Shown piece by piece: positions 36,701 through 48,800 of a DNA stretch of 64,000 bases (positions within the stretch are counted from its first letter, which is position 1; every line of letters begins with the position of its first letter). A program made the position numbers and the translations under genes. The stretch spans positions 80,472-144,471 of the forward strand of contig JBJCIZ010000810.1 in NCBI GenBank assembly GCA_051294375.1. Reading direction: 5' to 3'. Source of the DNA: Paraspadella gotoi. Lineage: Eukaryota; Animalia; Chaetognatha. The notes under the pieces are model-generated. The model did not search any database. It saw nothing but the letters and a program-made list of their open reading frames with translations, and was not told where the DNA came from.

Positions 36701-37934
36701 GCCAACGGGTTCCCATTCCATGTTAGGCCACCGAAAGATGACGATTCGATTAGGTCGACGCAAATTCACATGGGATTTCGTTATCGCAGATGTCTCTACG
36801 CCCATCTTAGGAAACGACTTCCTGATGGAGTACGACCTCGCGCCTTTCCCGAAAATGAAGGTGTTGGTCGACTGCAAAGATTTTTCACTGTCCCGGAAAA
36901 ATTCGCCAAGGGCGCCCATTTCGTGTAAACACCGTTCACAATGTCTACACCCAGATGCTCGATGCACGGCCAGGACTGACAACGCCCTCCTTCGACCCAT
37001 CAACCCCCAACACGGAGTTGAACACTTCATACCTACGGAGGGACCACCAGTTCACGCACAAGCCCGCCGTTAGCCCACAAAAGCTCGGGCGGTAAAAGCC
37101 GAGTTTGAAAAGCTGGAGAAGCTGGGCATCATCAGGCGGAGTCGCAGTGCTTGGGCTTCTCCCCTCATGTCGTAAGAAGCCCGATGGCAGCCTGCGAGCA
37201 TGCGGTGACTATCGGCGTCTCAACACTGTCACCAAAGATGACCGATACCCAATAAGGCACATCGCCGACTTCAACGCCAGATTGCGGGCAAAAAGGTCTT
37301 TTCAAAAATTGATCTTTTCAAGGGGTACCATCAAATCCCCGTCCACCCAGCTCACGTTAAGAAGACGGCCATCATCACACCATTGGATCATGGGAATACC
37401 TCCGCACCCCATTCGGCCTCAAAAATGCAGCACAGGATTTCCAACGCATGATGGATGCAATCCTGCAGGGCATCCCTCATGTGTTTGTATACTTAGACGA
37501 CATTCTCGTTGCTTCCGCATCACAGGAGCAACACATAGAGGATGTCAAACGAGTCTTCGATGCCCTCGAAAAAAACGGCCTCATAGTGAACAGGGCAAAG
37601 TGTGTTTTTGGCGCCTCATCACTGGAGTTCCTTGGATACCAAGTTGATGCCCGCGGGTAAAGCCATTGCCATCTCGCGTTGCTGACATCCGCAATTTTCC
37701 GACCCCAACGACCATTAAGGAACTCCAGCGTTTCCTCGAGTCCTGAACTATTACAGACTTCATGCGCCATGCGCCCACATCCTCGAGCCCCTCTACGACT
37801 CACTCCGAGGCAAGCCAAACGACTGCAATGGACAGAAAAACATGAGCGGCATTCCAGGCAGCCAAAAACCTCCTCGCAGACGCCACCCTTCTTGTGCACC
37901 CAATCGACGGCGCGCCGCTTGCCCTAAGGTCGAT
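33790..37934 (+). repeat. Duplicate of about 23920-28035 (flank, 5' LTR 34824-35082, gag, PR, RT), truncated
   Basis: Same upstream flank and same LTR junction; starts right after a 25-N gap; differences mostly indels. Confidence 0.9.
35182..37930 (+). pseudogene. Second, truncated copy of the gypsy gag-pol
   Basis: KLPPF, CHCC, LVDTGA and YLDD motifs spread across frames; ends abruptly before RNase H. Confidence 0.85.
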
Positions 37935-38659
37935 TAATTAATTGAATAAAAATAAATTATTTAATTAATTACATATTATTAATTAAAATAATACTTGTAC
38001 TTTGTGAGCCGTAGTACAGTAGTGGTCAATAAGAATGACCTGTTTTTACCCATCTTGTTATGGATGACCTTTTCTCAGCCAATGTAAATACTAGTTGTTG
38101 TTATTGATTTTTATCATTTTTACTTTTTTACTGTTTTTGACAATACCAGGTTTTCTTTATCACAAAAAACACGCCTCAAATTTTTTTATAAATTTGTTTT
38201 GAGTCACCGCAAAACATTATAAAAATATTTCAATTAATTAATTTAGAGAAAGCAAAGAATTTTGAATTTGTAACAACGATTTTTAATTAATAGTTGGACA
38301 TGTTTCGGTTTGTTTACTTCAAGCCTTCATCAGCATATGACATTCAATAATAAATTTGTGTAAACGAAGAGTGTGAGAGAGAGAGAGAGAGAGGGTAAAA
38401 TTTTTTCCAACAAAGTGGTGAGAACAGAATAGTGGTCAGATGTGAGGACAGGTTGAAGGTAAGGGCAGATTGTGTGAGTTGTGAAAAGAAGAAACTTGTT
38501 AAAGAGAGGAGAGAGAGTGAGAGAGAGAGAGAGAGAGAGAAACAAAACAACAGGGATAAATAAATAATAAAGATACATTTTTTGCAATGTCCAACAAAGA
38601 TAAAGGAGTTTAATTAATTGAATAATTAATGATGGCAACCACGACAATGATAATACCGA

Positions 38660-39205
38660 CGATGACAAATTGATTGCTTAATTTTTTGATTGATTGATTG
38701 AATATTTGATTAATTGATTGAATAATTAATTAACTGATCAGTTCTGGCACTGTTAGCTCAAACTTGTTTGTTTTTTGTCTTTTCATTATGACAAAAGAAA
38801 TGACTACCCTGATGATGATTATGATGACAACAAGGATAGCACCATTATGATTAATTGAATGATTGATTGATCAAAATAAAATAAATTCATATCAGGCCTG
38901 TTAATTTTTAGGTCTTTTTGTCAGGTCACTGACCAGGACAAAAGCAACAAACGATGTTGGAGATGACAATGATAATACTGACATTGTTTAATTGATTGAT
39001 TAATTAATTGATTAATTAATTAATTGATTCTTTTAATAATTTATTGATAAATAAATTTATTAATTAGTTGATTGATAAATAATTGATTATTTAATTGATT
39101 GATTGATAAAAAAATTGATTCATTAATTTTTTAAGTGATTTTGATTGATTAGTTGTTTAGTTAATTAATTGATTGATTAATTAATTGATTAATTGAATAA
39201 TTAAT
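38660..39205. repeat. Degenerate (ATTG/AATT)n low-complexity repeat; duplicate at about 46320-46860
   Basis: Visible TTGATTGA / TTAATTGA reiteration. Confidence 0.8.
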
Positions 39206-39400
39206 GCAGCTTATATTTATATCTAATAAAAAAGAAAAAAGCAAATAGGGAAAAAGGTTTTTTGTTTTTTTTTTTCATTTAAACTCATTTCCACTCGAAC
39301 GATTCTTACAATCTTACAAATCTTACAATTTTTCATAGTAAAAATTTCACTTGTTAATTGTTACCAAAAAAGATTGTTTAAAATTATAAATAATAACAAA

Positions 39401-40380
39401 TGTAAAATTTCTAAAGAAAGGAAGCGATGTGCACTCGAAACCGAAAGCGATCCGGGCTAAAAAAGTAAGGATTGCACCTGAAAACGGGAGCGGGAGGGGT
39501 CTTGGAAGCGCCGGATTGCAGCGGCGGAAAAATCGATCGCTTCCACATCTCTGGTTTGAACGCCGTTAGAACGCTTGTGATGGCCTTCATCACACATCTC
39601 TTTGCGAGGCTTTCATGGACGAACAAAGCTTCCGGAAAAGTCCGGATTATGCGATGTGGATGGCGATGACGAAGACAACTTCATCGTCCTTCACAAAAAA
39701 AGTTAAATTCCCTTGATAATTTACGAGTTCTTATTTCTGCTCAGTTGAAGTTTTTGCAGAGGTATCAAACTCAAACAAAATTGGATCGACGACTCGAGTA
39801 AAATACGCCTGAAGCAGAATGGAACTCTCTCATTGGCCAGGAGACAAATGGCACCAGCCAATGATAGGATAGGCTTCCATCCGCCAAGGATTTCTGCCCT
39901 TACCTCCGATCCGATGGCACTGTATAAATTGGCACCAAAATTATATTGATTCACTCTGAATAGAAATTGACACCGTCTTTTTTACTGTCTATTTTCTGAG
40001 AATAAAATTCCACTTTAGTCTCTAACTGGGTCTGACTGGGTCTAACTGGGTCTGACGTCTAGCAAAAACGGAAAGGAATGGGAAGAGAATAAATGTATTT
40101 GGAAATTGGGATCTATACTTATATCGAAAATGTATATAATGGTCCAAAAAAATTGAGAGAGAAAGATTCTGAGAGAAAGGAGAGATGGACTGAACGTAAA
40201 CTTGAACGCGACCCTGAATCCCCGTGAGGAGATGAGGAGGGAGGAGTAAAAGAGAGAGAAGAGGAACTGCAGACTCGCGTCGTTCTACCGTCCTTCGATT
40301 CTGTTGGTTTCATATCGAATCCCTGTCTATTCTTAAACCTCTTGTCACCAGTGAAATCGTCCTCGCAACAAATATCTACA
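39401..40380 (+). mobile_element. Putative solo LTR (980 bp); duplicate at 47057-48038
   Basis: TGTA...TACA ends, 4-bp TSD CAAA, GC-richer than flanks, CCAAT boxes, TATAAA near 39924 and AATAAA near 40001. Confidence 0.5.
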
Positions 40381-42880
40381 CAAATGATGTGATTAATAAT
40401 GAAAATTATTAAAGGATTTAAAGTATTATCCTTCACGTCATTCAGGAAAAAATTATTTTATTAAAATTTTAGTACAGATCAGGGAAGATTTTATTTATAA
40501 ACTTTGCTGAGGTTGAATCGATGTTTTACCAAGAAACGGTTATATTTTTATTCGTTTTTATGACCGAATCACGATCGTCAGTCTGAATTTGTTTCTACGA
40601 GTTTTTAAACCCTGTTTTTTACTGTTTTCTTTCATTAAACATACGTTTTGAAACTCATCGACTCATTTTTGAGGACGCTTGAACGTTAGAATAATTATTC
40701 AGAAAAGAGAGAGAGAGAGAGAGAGAGGGAGAAAGAAAGAGTGAAAGAAGTCGATTGTATGTCCGTAAAATTTTGTTACGGTCAGGGGCTTTATTTATTT
40801 TTTTTCACAGCTTATTCTCTCTTTGATATTGTTCATAAATCTTAATGTATTGCTTTAAATACGTACAATTTCCATTGCTTAACTGAGAACCACTTTAAAA
40901 TAAAATAAACACTAAAATTCGATGGTCACGTGACCAATTCCACCAATCACAGATCGCAATGAAATTCTTTTAAAAATTGTTAAATCTGCATCTGCAGTAG
41001 ATCCTGAATATTTTTTGGGAAATTTTTTTGTCAAATCAAATAAAACTACATTTGGTAAAGGAATCACCGACAGGCAACATATTTTGAAAAATTATATATG
41101 CATATGATCCGCCCTAAATAAACAATCTATTCGAATCCAGCGAAATTATTTCCCTGCGACGTTAGAAGCAGCTGAACTATTCTAATCGTCTTAGCGCCTT
41201 GTCACTCACGTTGTCACGACCTTCGCCACGCTGTGGTGCTACTCCGTGTCATGCAACAGGTCAGGGATTAGAAACGGATTAATAATATAACATTTAAAAT
41301 TTGTTTCATTTTTCAATGTAATTATTTTAATTGGCAAGATAATTTAAAAAAGGCCAGATAAAAGAAAAAAGTTGGCAGTAATTAAAATGATGCTCATTTA
41401 CATTCAAGTTTGAAGGCATAATTTGGTTGATAATATCTAATCAAATCAAAACAAACAAAAATAATAAGGATTCAAATGTTAACCAGATGTGACAAAGTTA
41501 TTTTGAAAAAAACGAATAGTATAAGTTTATCAATTACACAAATATTTATTTAAAAAAAAATATTAATATGCTATTTCCAAGAAATATCGTCTCCTTCCTT
41601 CTCCAGTTAGTAAATTACGCACAATGTAATAAAACTATTAATTAATTTTATTAGCCTGTGCGTAATTTACAACTAATCCTCGCCTCCCACCCTCTGTCCT
41701 GACCCCATTCAAACTTACCCCCTCCTCTCTTCTTCTCTCCTTTTCTCAATCTTGTCCTCACCCAAAATCGACCCGCTTTATACTCTCATCGAGGTTAAAC
41801 GTCTCTCTTTCACCCCCCCCCATCCCCAAGTGAGGTTCGAGGGGACGGATTTCCTAGCTTATCGTCGTTGTCGTTGTCGTCGTTGTCGTTGTCGTCGTTG
41901 GTATCGTCGTTGCTGCTGTTTTAAATACTTTTATACATTTGTTTTTTCAATATCAATTAATGTTTTTATCGTTTTGTTTATCCCGCTTACCAAATATAAT
42001 ATTTGTTAAACAAAATATATATATATTTTTTATATTTTTTTATAATTGGAGATACTGTTTTAGTTTTAGTCAGATATTTCGACATATATTTTCTATGTCA
42101 TCATCGTTGGTAGAAAAATAACCACTGATGATGACAGGAAATATATGTCAAAATTTCTGGAAATAATCTCTTATTTTTCCTTCTAGCACATTACTCATCT
42201 CCCATTATAAAAATTGTAAACTTCGTGTGCTGGTGATGACGTTGAAAAAAAAATATACTAATAAATATTCCATATTATTCCTGTTGAAACGTAGTAGCTC
42301 TGGCGTATTCCCGCTCGAGCGCCAACGATGGGACCTTCCTCGTCACTTGCGCCATCTAATTATCTTCGATCAGATTCATCTTCTTCGTCGTAATCGTTCG
42401 TCATCGTCATCGACATCTCGTCATATTATTCGTTCGGCCTTTCCTGTCACGCCCCCTCCCCCACCGAGAAATGACCGTAATGAGAAGAATAATTCTTTTT
42501 ACCGTCACTTATTGGTCCACGCTTCCCGCCATCACCCGTTCCAAAGGTCACCTCAAGGAGCGACATCTCCATCTCTCTCCCGCCAAAACGTTTGTGTCCA
42601 AATCGGTGACGAGAAGTCATTCACCGAAGCCTAAATCCATTATGGATCTTCGAAGAGGGAATGAGAAAAGAAAGAGGGGGAAAAAGAGAGAGAGAGAGAA
42701 AATGAGAAGGAAATGAGGGGAAAAAGAAAGAAAGAATGAGAGGAAAAAGAAAGAAAGAATGAGGGGAAAAAGAAAGAAAGAATGAGGGGAAAAAGAAAGA
42801 AAGAATGAGGAGAAGAAGAAAGAAAGAATGAGGGGAAGAAGAAAGAAAAAATGAGGGGAAAAAGAAAGAAAGAAAGAAGG

Positions 42881-43948
42881 TGTTAAGGAGTTTATAATGA
42901 TTTTTATCTGAATTGAGCCCTGACCTTTTATTTTTAATGGCTCAAATATCTGAATTTAAGTTTTAATTGAATGACTCCAATAGTTCTGTTTAAAGCCTCT
43001 AATTGGTTGAATTTTATACATAGAATTTGAATATCTGGTCTCTCATTGGTTATTAATGGTGGCTGTGGTATTCCTCCCACTCGGGATTCCTCCCAACTGG
43101 ATTCCTCCCACACAGGATTCCTCCCACGCGGGATTCCTCCCCATGGGATTCCTCCCACACGGGATTCCTCCCACACGGGATTCCTCCCCGCGGGATTCCT
43201 TCCACACGGAATTCCTCCCCAAGGAATTCCTCCCACACGGGATTCCTCCCCATGGAATTCCTCCCCAAAGAATTCCTCCCACGCGGGATTCCTCCCACAC
43301 GGGATTCCTCCCACGCAGGATTCCTCCCACACGGGATTCCTCCCACACGGGATTCCTCCCACGCGGGATTCCTCCCACGCGGGATTCCTCCCACACGGGA
43401 TTCCTCCCACACGGGATTCCTCCCACGCGGGATTCCCGTGTGGAATCCTGTTGGGAGGAATCCCAATGTAACCGTTATTAATAACTAGTAGATGTTATGA
43501 TTTTATTCTCAAAATGTGAACTCTCCTCTCATTGGTTGTTATAATGTTGTCTTTGTATATAAAAGGAGAGTAAATTCTTAATTTTTGGGAGATTCCTCTG
43601 AGACCATCAGGTATTAAATGATATTTGTGAAATTACTAGAATATGTTAATTAATTTTAAGCTTTTATGTAGCTTTGAGCTGTTGCTACGTCTCGGCTCTG
43701 TTGCTGCATCTCGGTTCTATTGCTATTGTTGCTGCGTATCGGCTCTACTGCTGTTGCTGCATTTTGGTTCTCTGTCATTCTGATGCACGTCTCTCAATGA
43801 TTATTGGATATTGAATACTTAATAAAGTTATTATTCTATTTTTATCTTTTGATATATGGATTGAGTTAATATTAAGTCGAGATTAAGCACTGCTCAAACA
43901 ATGTTCTCATCTGAAACTGAGAAACCTCCCCATCAGGAATCTTCCACA
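42881..43948 (+). mobile_element. Solo LTR (about 640 bp without its insert); duplicate at 50525-51572
   Basis: TGT...ACA; 5-bp TSD GAAGG (42876-42880 and 43949-43953); TATATAAAAGG near 43556; AATAAA near 43821. Confidence 0.75.
43058..43473. mobile_element. Mutator/Foldback-like non-autonomous element built from a 17-bp repeat; duplicate at 50702-51103
   Basis: 9-bp TSD GTTATTAAT; imperfect 22-bp TIR (17/22) GG..CC; internal tandem CGGGATTCCTCCCACAC. Confidence 0.75.
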
Positions 43949-44092
43949 GAAGGGAAAAAGAAGGAAAGAATGAGGGGGAAAAAGAAAGAAAGAATGAGGG
44001 GGAAAAAGAAAGAAAGAATGAGTGGGAAAAAGAAAGAAAGAATGAGGGGGAAAAAGAAAAAAAATAATAAGGGGAAAAAGAAAAAAAGAATA

Positions 44093-45769
44093 AGGGCTCT
44101 TCCCTCCCTGGTCTTGAGGAAATAACAATTCCTAGATGGACAAAATCTCCTGAGATTGTTGTTCCGACCTCGACCCAGTTGCACATATTTGCAGATGCTT
44201 TCCAACATTCCTAGGGAAGCATAGCTTATCTTCGTTCAGCTAATGATGAAGGTAAAATTCATGTTGCAATCTTGTTTGCTAAATCAAGAGTAGCCCCTGT
44301 TGAAAAACAAATATTGGGATAAAAGAAACCATACCAAGGGTGGAACTTACAGCTGCTGTAGTCGCTACCGAGATCTATAGATTCTTAAATCAAGAAATGC
44401 GGGAAAAGATCGACAGTGTGCACTTCTGGGTAGATGCCATGAGTTGTATTGAAGCAAATTTGAAACAGGAAAACTCGATTTAAGGAATAATTTTCTAACC
44501 GTCTTTCAAAAATTCATGAGATCACACAGCAATGGAACTACGTACCTACTGATGTGAATCCGGCTGATCTCTCTTCCAGAGGGATCGAGGCTGGAGACAA
44601 AGATTCATGGAAATTCTTTCCACCAAGGCCCTTCCATTTTGGTGGTTTGACCATCAACTGGCCATCTGGTGATGGCAAAGAATGTGACCATGACATTCCT
44701 GCTCTTGAGGTTAATGCCATTCAATATGATTATTTTGCAAAAAACGAGTTTCGAGAAAAGATTTCAAAAAATTGTTCAAGTTGGTCCAAACTGATATTTC
44801 GAATTTTAGTTTGTAAACGTCTCACGAAATATATTATGTCTAAAAGAGATAAGAAAATAGCAAAATTTCTGGATCTGAATATGTCAGTGCTGAAAAAAAA
44901 TTGGTAAAAATGATCCCATCAGAACACTTTCATTGATTTTTTGACAAATAAAGCTTTTCGTGATCCTTTCAGGCATGCAAAATTGCGCGGTAAAGCTTCA
45001 AAAATCCGTGATCTTGATCCATTTGTTGACCAAGAAGGTGTCCTACGAGTAGGAGGTAGGCTCCATAGAGCAAATGAAAGTTATGCTGCTCGCCACCCTA
45101 TCATATTGCCAAAAAACTCGCGTCTTGTTGACTGTCTAATTTCTATGACACATAAAAGTATTGGTCATGAAGGTGCTGAGCAGGTGCGTGTAGAATTGCG
45201 TCAAAAATATTGGATTTTAAAACGGCGATCTGCAGTTCAAAAAGTTGTCCGCCGTTGTGTTCCATGTAAAAAGATGAATGATAAACAAATGGAACAAAAA
45301 ATGGCGCCAATTCCATCTGTAGGGTGGAACCGGGATACCCATTTAAGTCAGCTGTGGTCCGTTTTCAGTTGTACAAAATTCGAAAAAAGTTACCAAGAAA
45401 AAGTGGGTTGTATTGTTCACTTGTCTTAGAATGCGAGCTGTGCATCTTAAAGTCGTACGAGAAGCCTCTACTCCAAGTTTCCTAAATGCGCTTCTGAGAT
45501 TTCAGGCACGACATCCTGGTGTCAAATTGATCTATCGTGACAATGGCACAAATTTTATTGGAGCCAGTTAACCAGTTAACTTACAAACAATTCAACCAAA
45601 ACCTTCCACCACAAATGCAAGACATTCGGGATTGAGTGGGATTTTAATCACCCGACATCTCCACACTGGGGAGGTGTGTGGGAAAGACTCATCAGGAGTA
45701 TAAAAAAGATTCTCCATGCAATTCTCGACAAGAAAGTTATGACAAATGAAGTATTTGACACTGCCATTG
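44093..45769 (+). pseudogene. BEL/Pao pol fragment (RNase H to integrase), cut by a gap
   Basis: LHIFADA, KSRVAP, TIPRVEL, NPADLSSRG, LDPFVD..LRVGGRL, HPIILP, LRQKYWI; stops and frameshifts. Confidence 0.9.
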
Positions 45770-45826
45770 NNNNNNNNNNNNNNNNNNNNNNNNNGTGGCC
45801 AACTGGCGGGCAGAGTGGACGAGAAT

Positions 45827-48800
45827 GAGTCACCGACAAACATTACATCTATTTTTTAATGAATTATAAAAATATTTCAATTAATTTAAATTTAGAGAAA
45901 GCAAAGAATTTTGGAATTTGTAAGCAACGATTTTTAATTAATGTTGGACATGTTTCGGGTTTGTTTACTTCAAGCTTCATCAGCGATATGACATTCAACT
46001 AATAAATTTGTGTAACGAGAGTGTGAGAGAGAGAGAAGAGAGGTAAAAGTTTTTCCAACAAGTGGTGAGAAAGAAATATGTGGTCAGATGTGAGGACAGG
46101 TTGAAGGTAAGGCAGATTGTGTGAGTTGTGAAAAGAAGAAACTTTGTTAAAGAGAGAGGACGAAGAGTGAGGGAGAGAGAGAGAGAGAAACAAAAAACAG
46201 GGATAAATAAAATTATAAAGATACATTTTTGCAATGTCCAACAAAGATAAAGGAAGTTTTAAATTAATTGAATAATCTAATGATGGCAACCACGACAATG
46301 ATAATACGACGATGACAAATTGATTGCTTAATTTTTTGATTGATTGATTGAATATTTGATTAACTTGATTGAATAATAATTTAACTGATCAGTTCTGGCA
46401 CTGTTAGCTCAACGTTGTTTGTTTTTGTCTTTTCATTATGACAAAAGAATGACTACCCTGATGATGATTATGATGACAAACAAGGATAGCACCCATTATG
46501 ATTAATTGAATGATGGATTGATCAGATGAAGTAAAATAAATCATAATCGCTCGTTAATTTTTTAGGTCTTTTTGGTCAGGTCACTGACCAGGACAAAAGC
46601 AACAACGATGTTGGATATGACAATGATAATACTTGACGATTGTTTAACTTGATTGTGATTAATTTATTGATTAATTAATTAATTGTATTCTTTTAATAAT
46701 TTATTGATAAATAATTTATTAATTAGTTGATTGGATAATTATTGATTATTTAGATTGATTGATTGATAAAAAAATTGATTCATTAATTTTTTAAGTGATT
46801 TTGATTGATAGTTGTTTATAATTAATGATTGATTAATTATTGATTAATTTGAAATAATAATGCTCTTATATTTATATCTAATAAAAAGAAAAAAGCAAAT
46901 AGGGGAAAAAGGTTTTTTTGTTTTTTTTTCTTCATTAAACTCTTTCGCCTCGACAACGTTCTTACAATCTTACAAATCTTAACAATTTTTCATAGTAAAG
47001 AATTTCACTGTTAATTGTTACCAAAAAAGATTGTTTAAATTATAAATAATAACAAATGTAAAATTTCTAAAGAAAGGAAGCGATGTGCACCTCGAAACCG
47101 GAAAAGCGATCCGGGCCTAAAAAAGTAAGGATGCACCTGAAAACGCGGGAGCGGGAGGGGTCTTTGGAAGCGCCGATTTGCAGCGGCGGAAAACATCGAT
47201 CGCTTCCCACATCTTCTGGTTTGAACGCCGTTAGAAACGCTTTGTGATGGCCTTCATCACACATCTTCTTTGCGAGCTTTCCATGGACGAACAAAGCTCC
47301 GGAAAAGTCCGGATTATGCGATGTGGATGGCGATTGACGAAGAAATTCATCGTCCTTCACAAAAAAAGTTAATTCCCTTGATAATTTTACGGAGTTCTTA
47401 TTTCTGCTTCAGTTTGAAGTTTTGCAGAGGTATCAAACTCAACAAAATTGGATCGACGACTCGAGTAAATAACGCCTGAAGCAGAAGGAAATCTCTCATT
47501 GGCCAGGAGACAAATGGCACCCAGCCAATGATAGCGATAGCTTCCATCCGCCAAGGATTTCTGCCCTTACCTCCCGACCGATGGCACTGTATAAATTGGC
47601 CCAAATATTATATTGATTCACTCTGATAGAAATTGACACTCTTTTTTAGTCAATTTTCTGAGAATTAAAATTCCACTTTAGTCTCTAACTGGGTCTGACT
47701 GGGTCTAACTGGGTCTGACCGTCTAGCAAAAACGGAAAGGAATGGGGAGAGAAAATGTATTTGGAAATTGGGGATCTATACTTATATCGAAAAATGTATT
47801 AGGTCCAAAAAAATTGGAGAGAGAAAGATTCTGAGAGAAAGGAGAGAATGGCTAACGTAGAACTTAACGCGACCTGAATCCCGTAGGAGGATGAGAGGGA
47901 GGAGTAAAAAGAAGAGAAGAGGAACTGCAGACTCGCGTCGTTCTACGTCCTTCGATCTCTGTTGGTTTCATATCGAAATCCCTGTCTATTCACCTCTTGT
48001 CACACAGTTGAAATGTCCTCGCCAACAGAATATCTACACAAATCGATGTGATTAATAATGAAAATTAATTAAGAATTTAAAGTATTATCCTTCACGTCCA
48101 TTCAGGAAAAAATTATTTTATTAAAATTTTAGTACCAGATCAGGGAAGATTTTAGGTTGAGGTTGAAATCGATGTTTTACCAAGAAACGTTATATTTTTA
48201 TTCGTTTTATGACCGAATCACGATGTCATTTGTCGAATTTGTTTTCTAGAGTTTTTAAACCCTGTTTTTTACTGTTTTCTTCATTAAAATGACGTTTTGA
48301 AAACTCATTCGACTCATTTTCTTGATGGAAGCGCTTGAACGTTAGAATAATTACTTCGAAAAGAGAGAGAGAGAGAGAGAGAGGGAGAAAGAAAGAGTGA
48401 AAGAAGTCACTTGTATGTCCCGTAAAACTTTTGTTACGGTCAGCGGGCTTTATTCTATTTCTTTCACAGCTTATTACTCTCTTTTGATGATTGTTCATAA
48501 ATCTTAATGTATTGCTTTAAATACGTACAATTTCCATTGCTTAACTGAGAAACACTTTAAAAATAAAACTAAAACTAAAATTCGATGGTCACGTGACCAA
48601 TTTCCAAATCACAGATCGCAATTGAAATTCTTTTAAAAATTGTTAAATCTGCAGTAATCCTGAATATTTTTTGGGAAATTTTTTTGTCAAATCAAATAAA
48701 ACTACATTTGGTAAAGGAATCACCGACAGGCAACATATTTTGAAAAAATTATATATGCATATGATCCGCCCTAAAATAAACAATCTATTCGAATCCAGCG

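Larger units (their letters stand above)
42659..44092. repeat. Purine minisatellite (GAAAGAAAGAATGAGGGGAAAAA-like) split by a solo LTR; related arrays at 50305-51712 and 55510-55795
   Basis: Same unit at 42659-42880 and 43949-44092. Confidence 0.85.

Noticed and set aside
34824-37934. Independent second gypsy insertion
   Set aside because: Shares about 1 kb of upstream flank with the first copy, so it is a duplicated block
42934-43488. Six-frame ORFs with GIPPTRDSS repeats (also 50599-51199)
   Set aside because: Stop-free 17-bp minisatellite inside a TIR element
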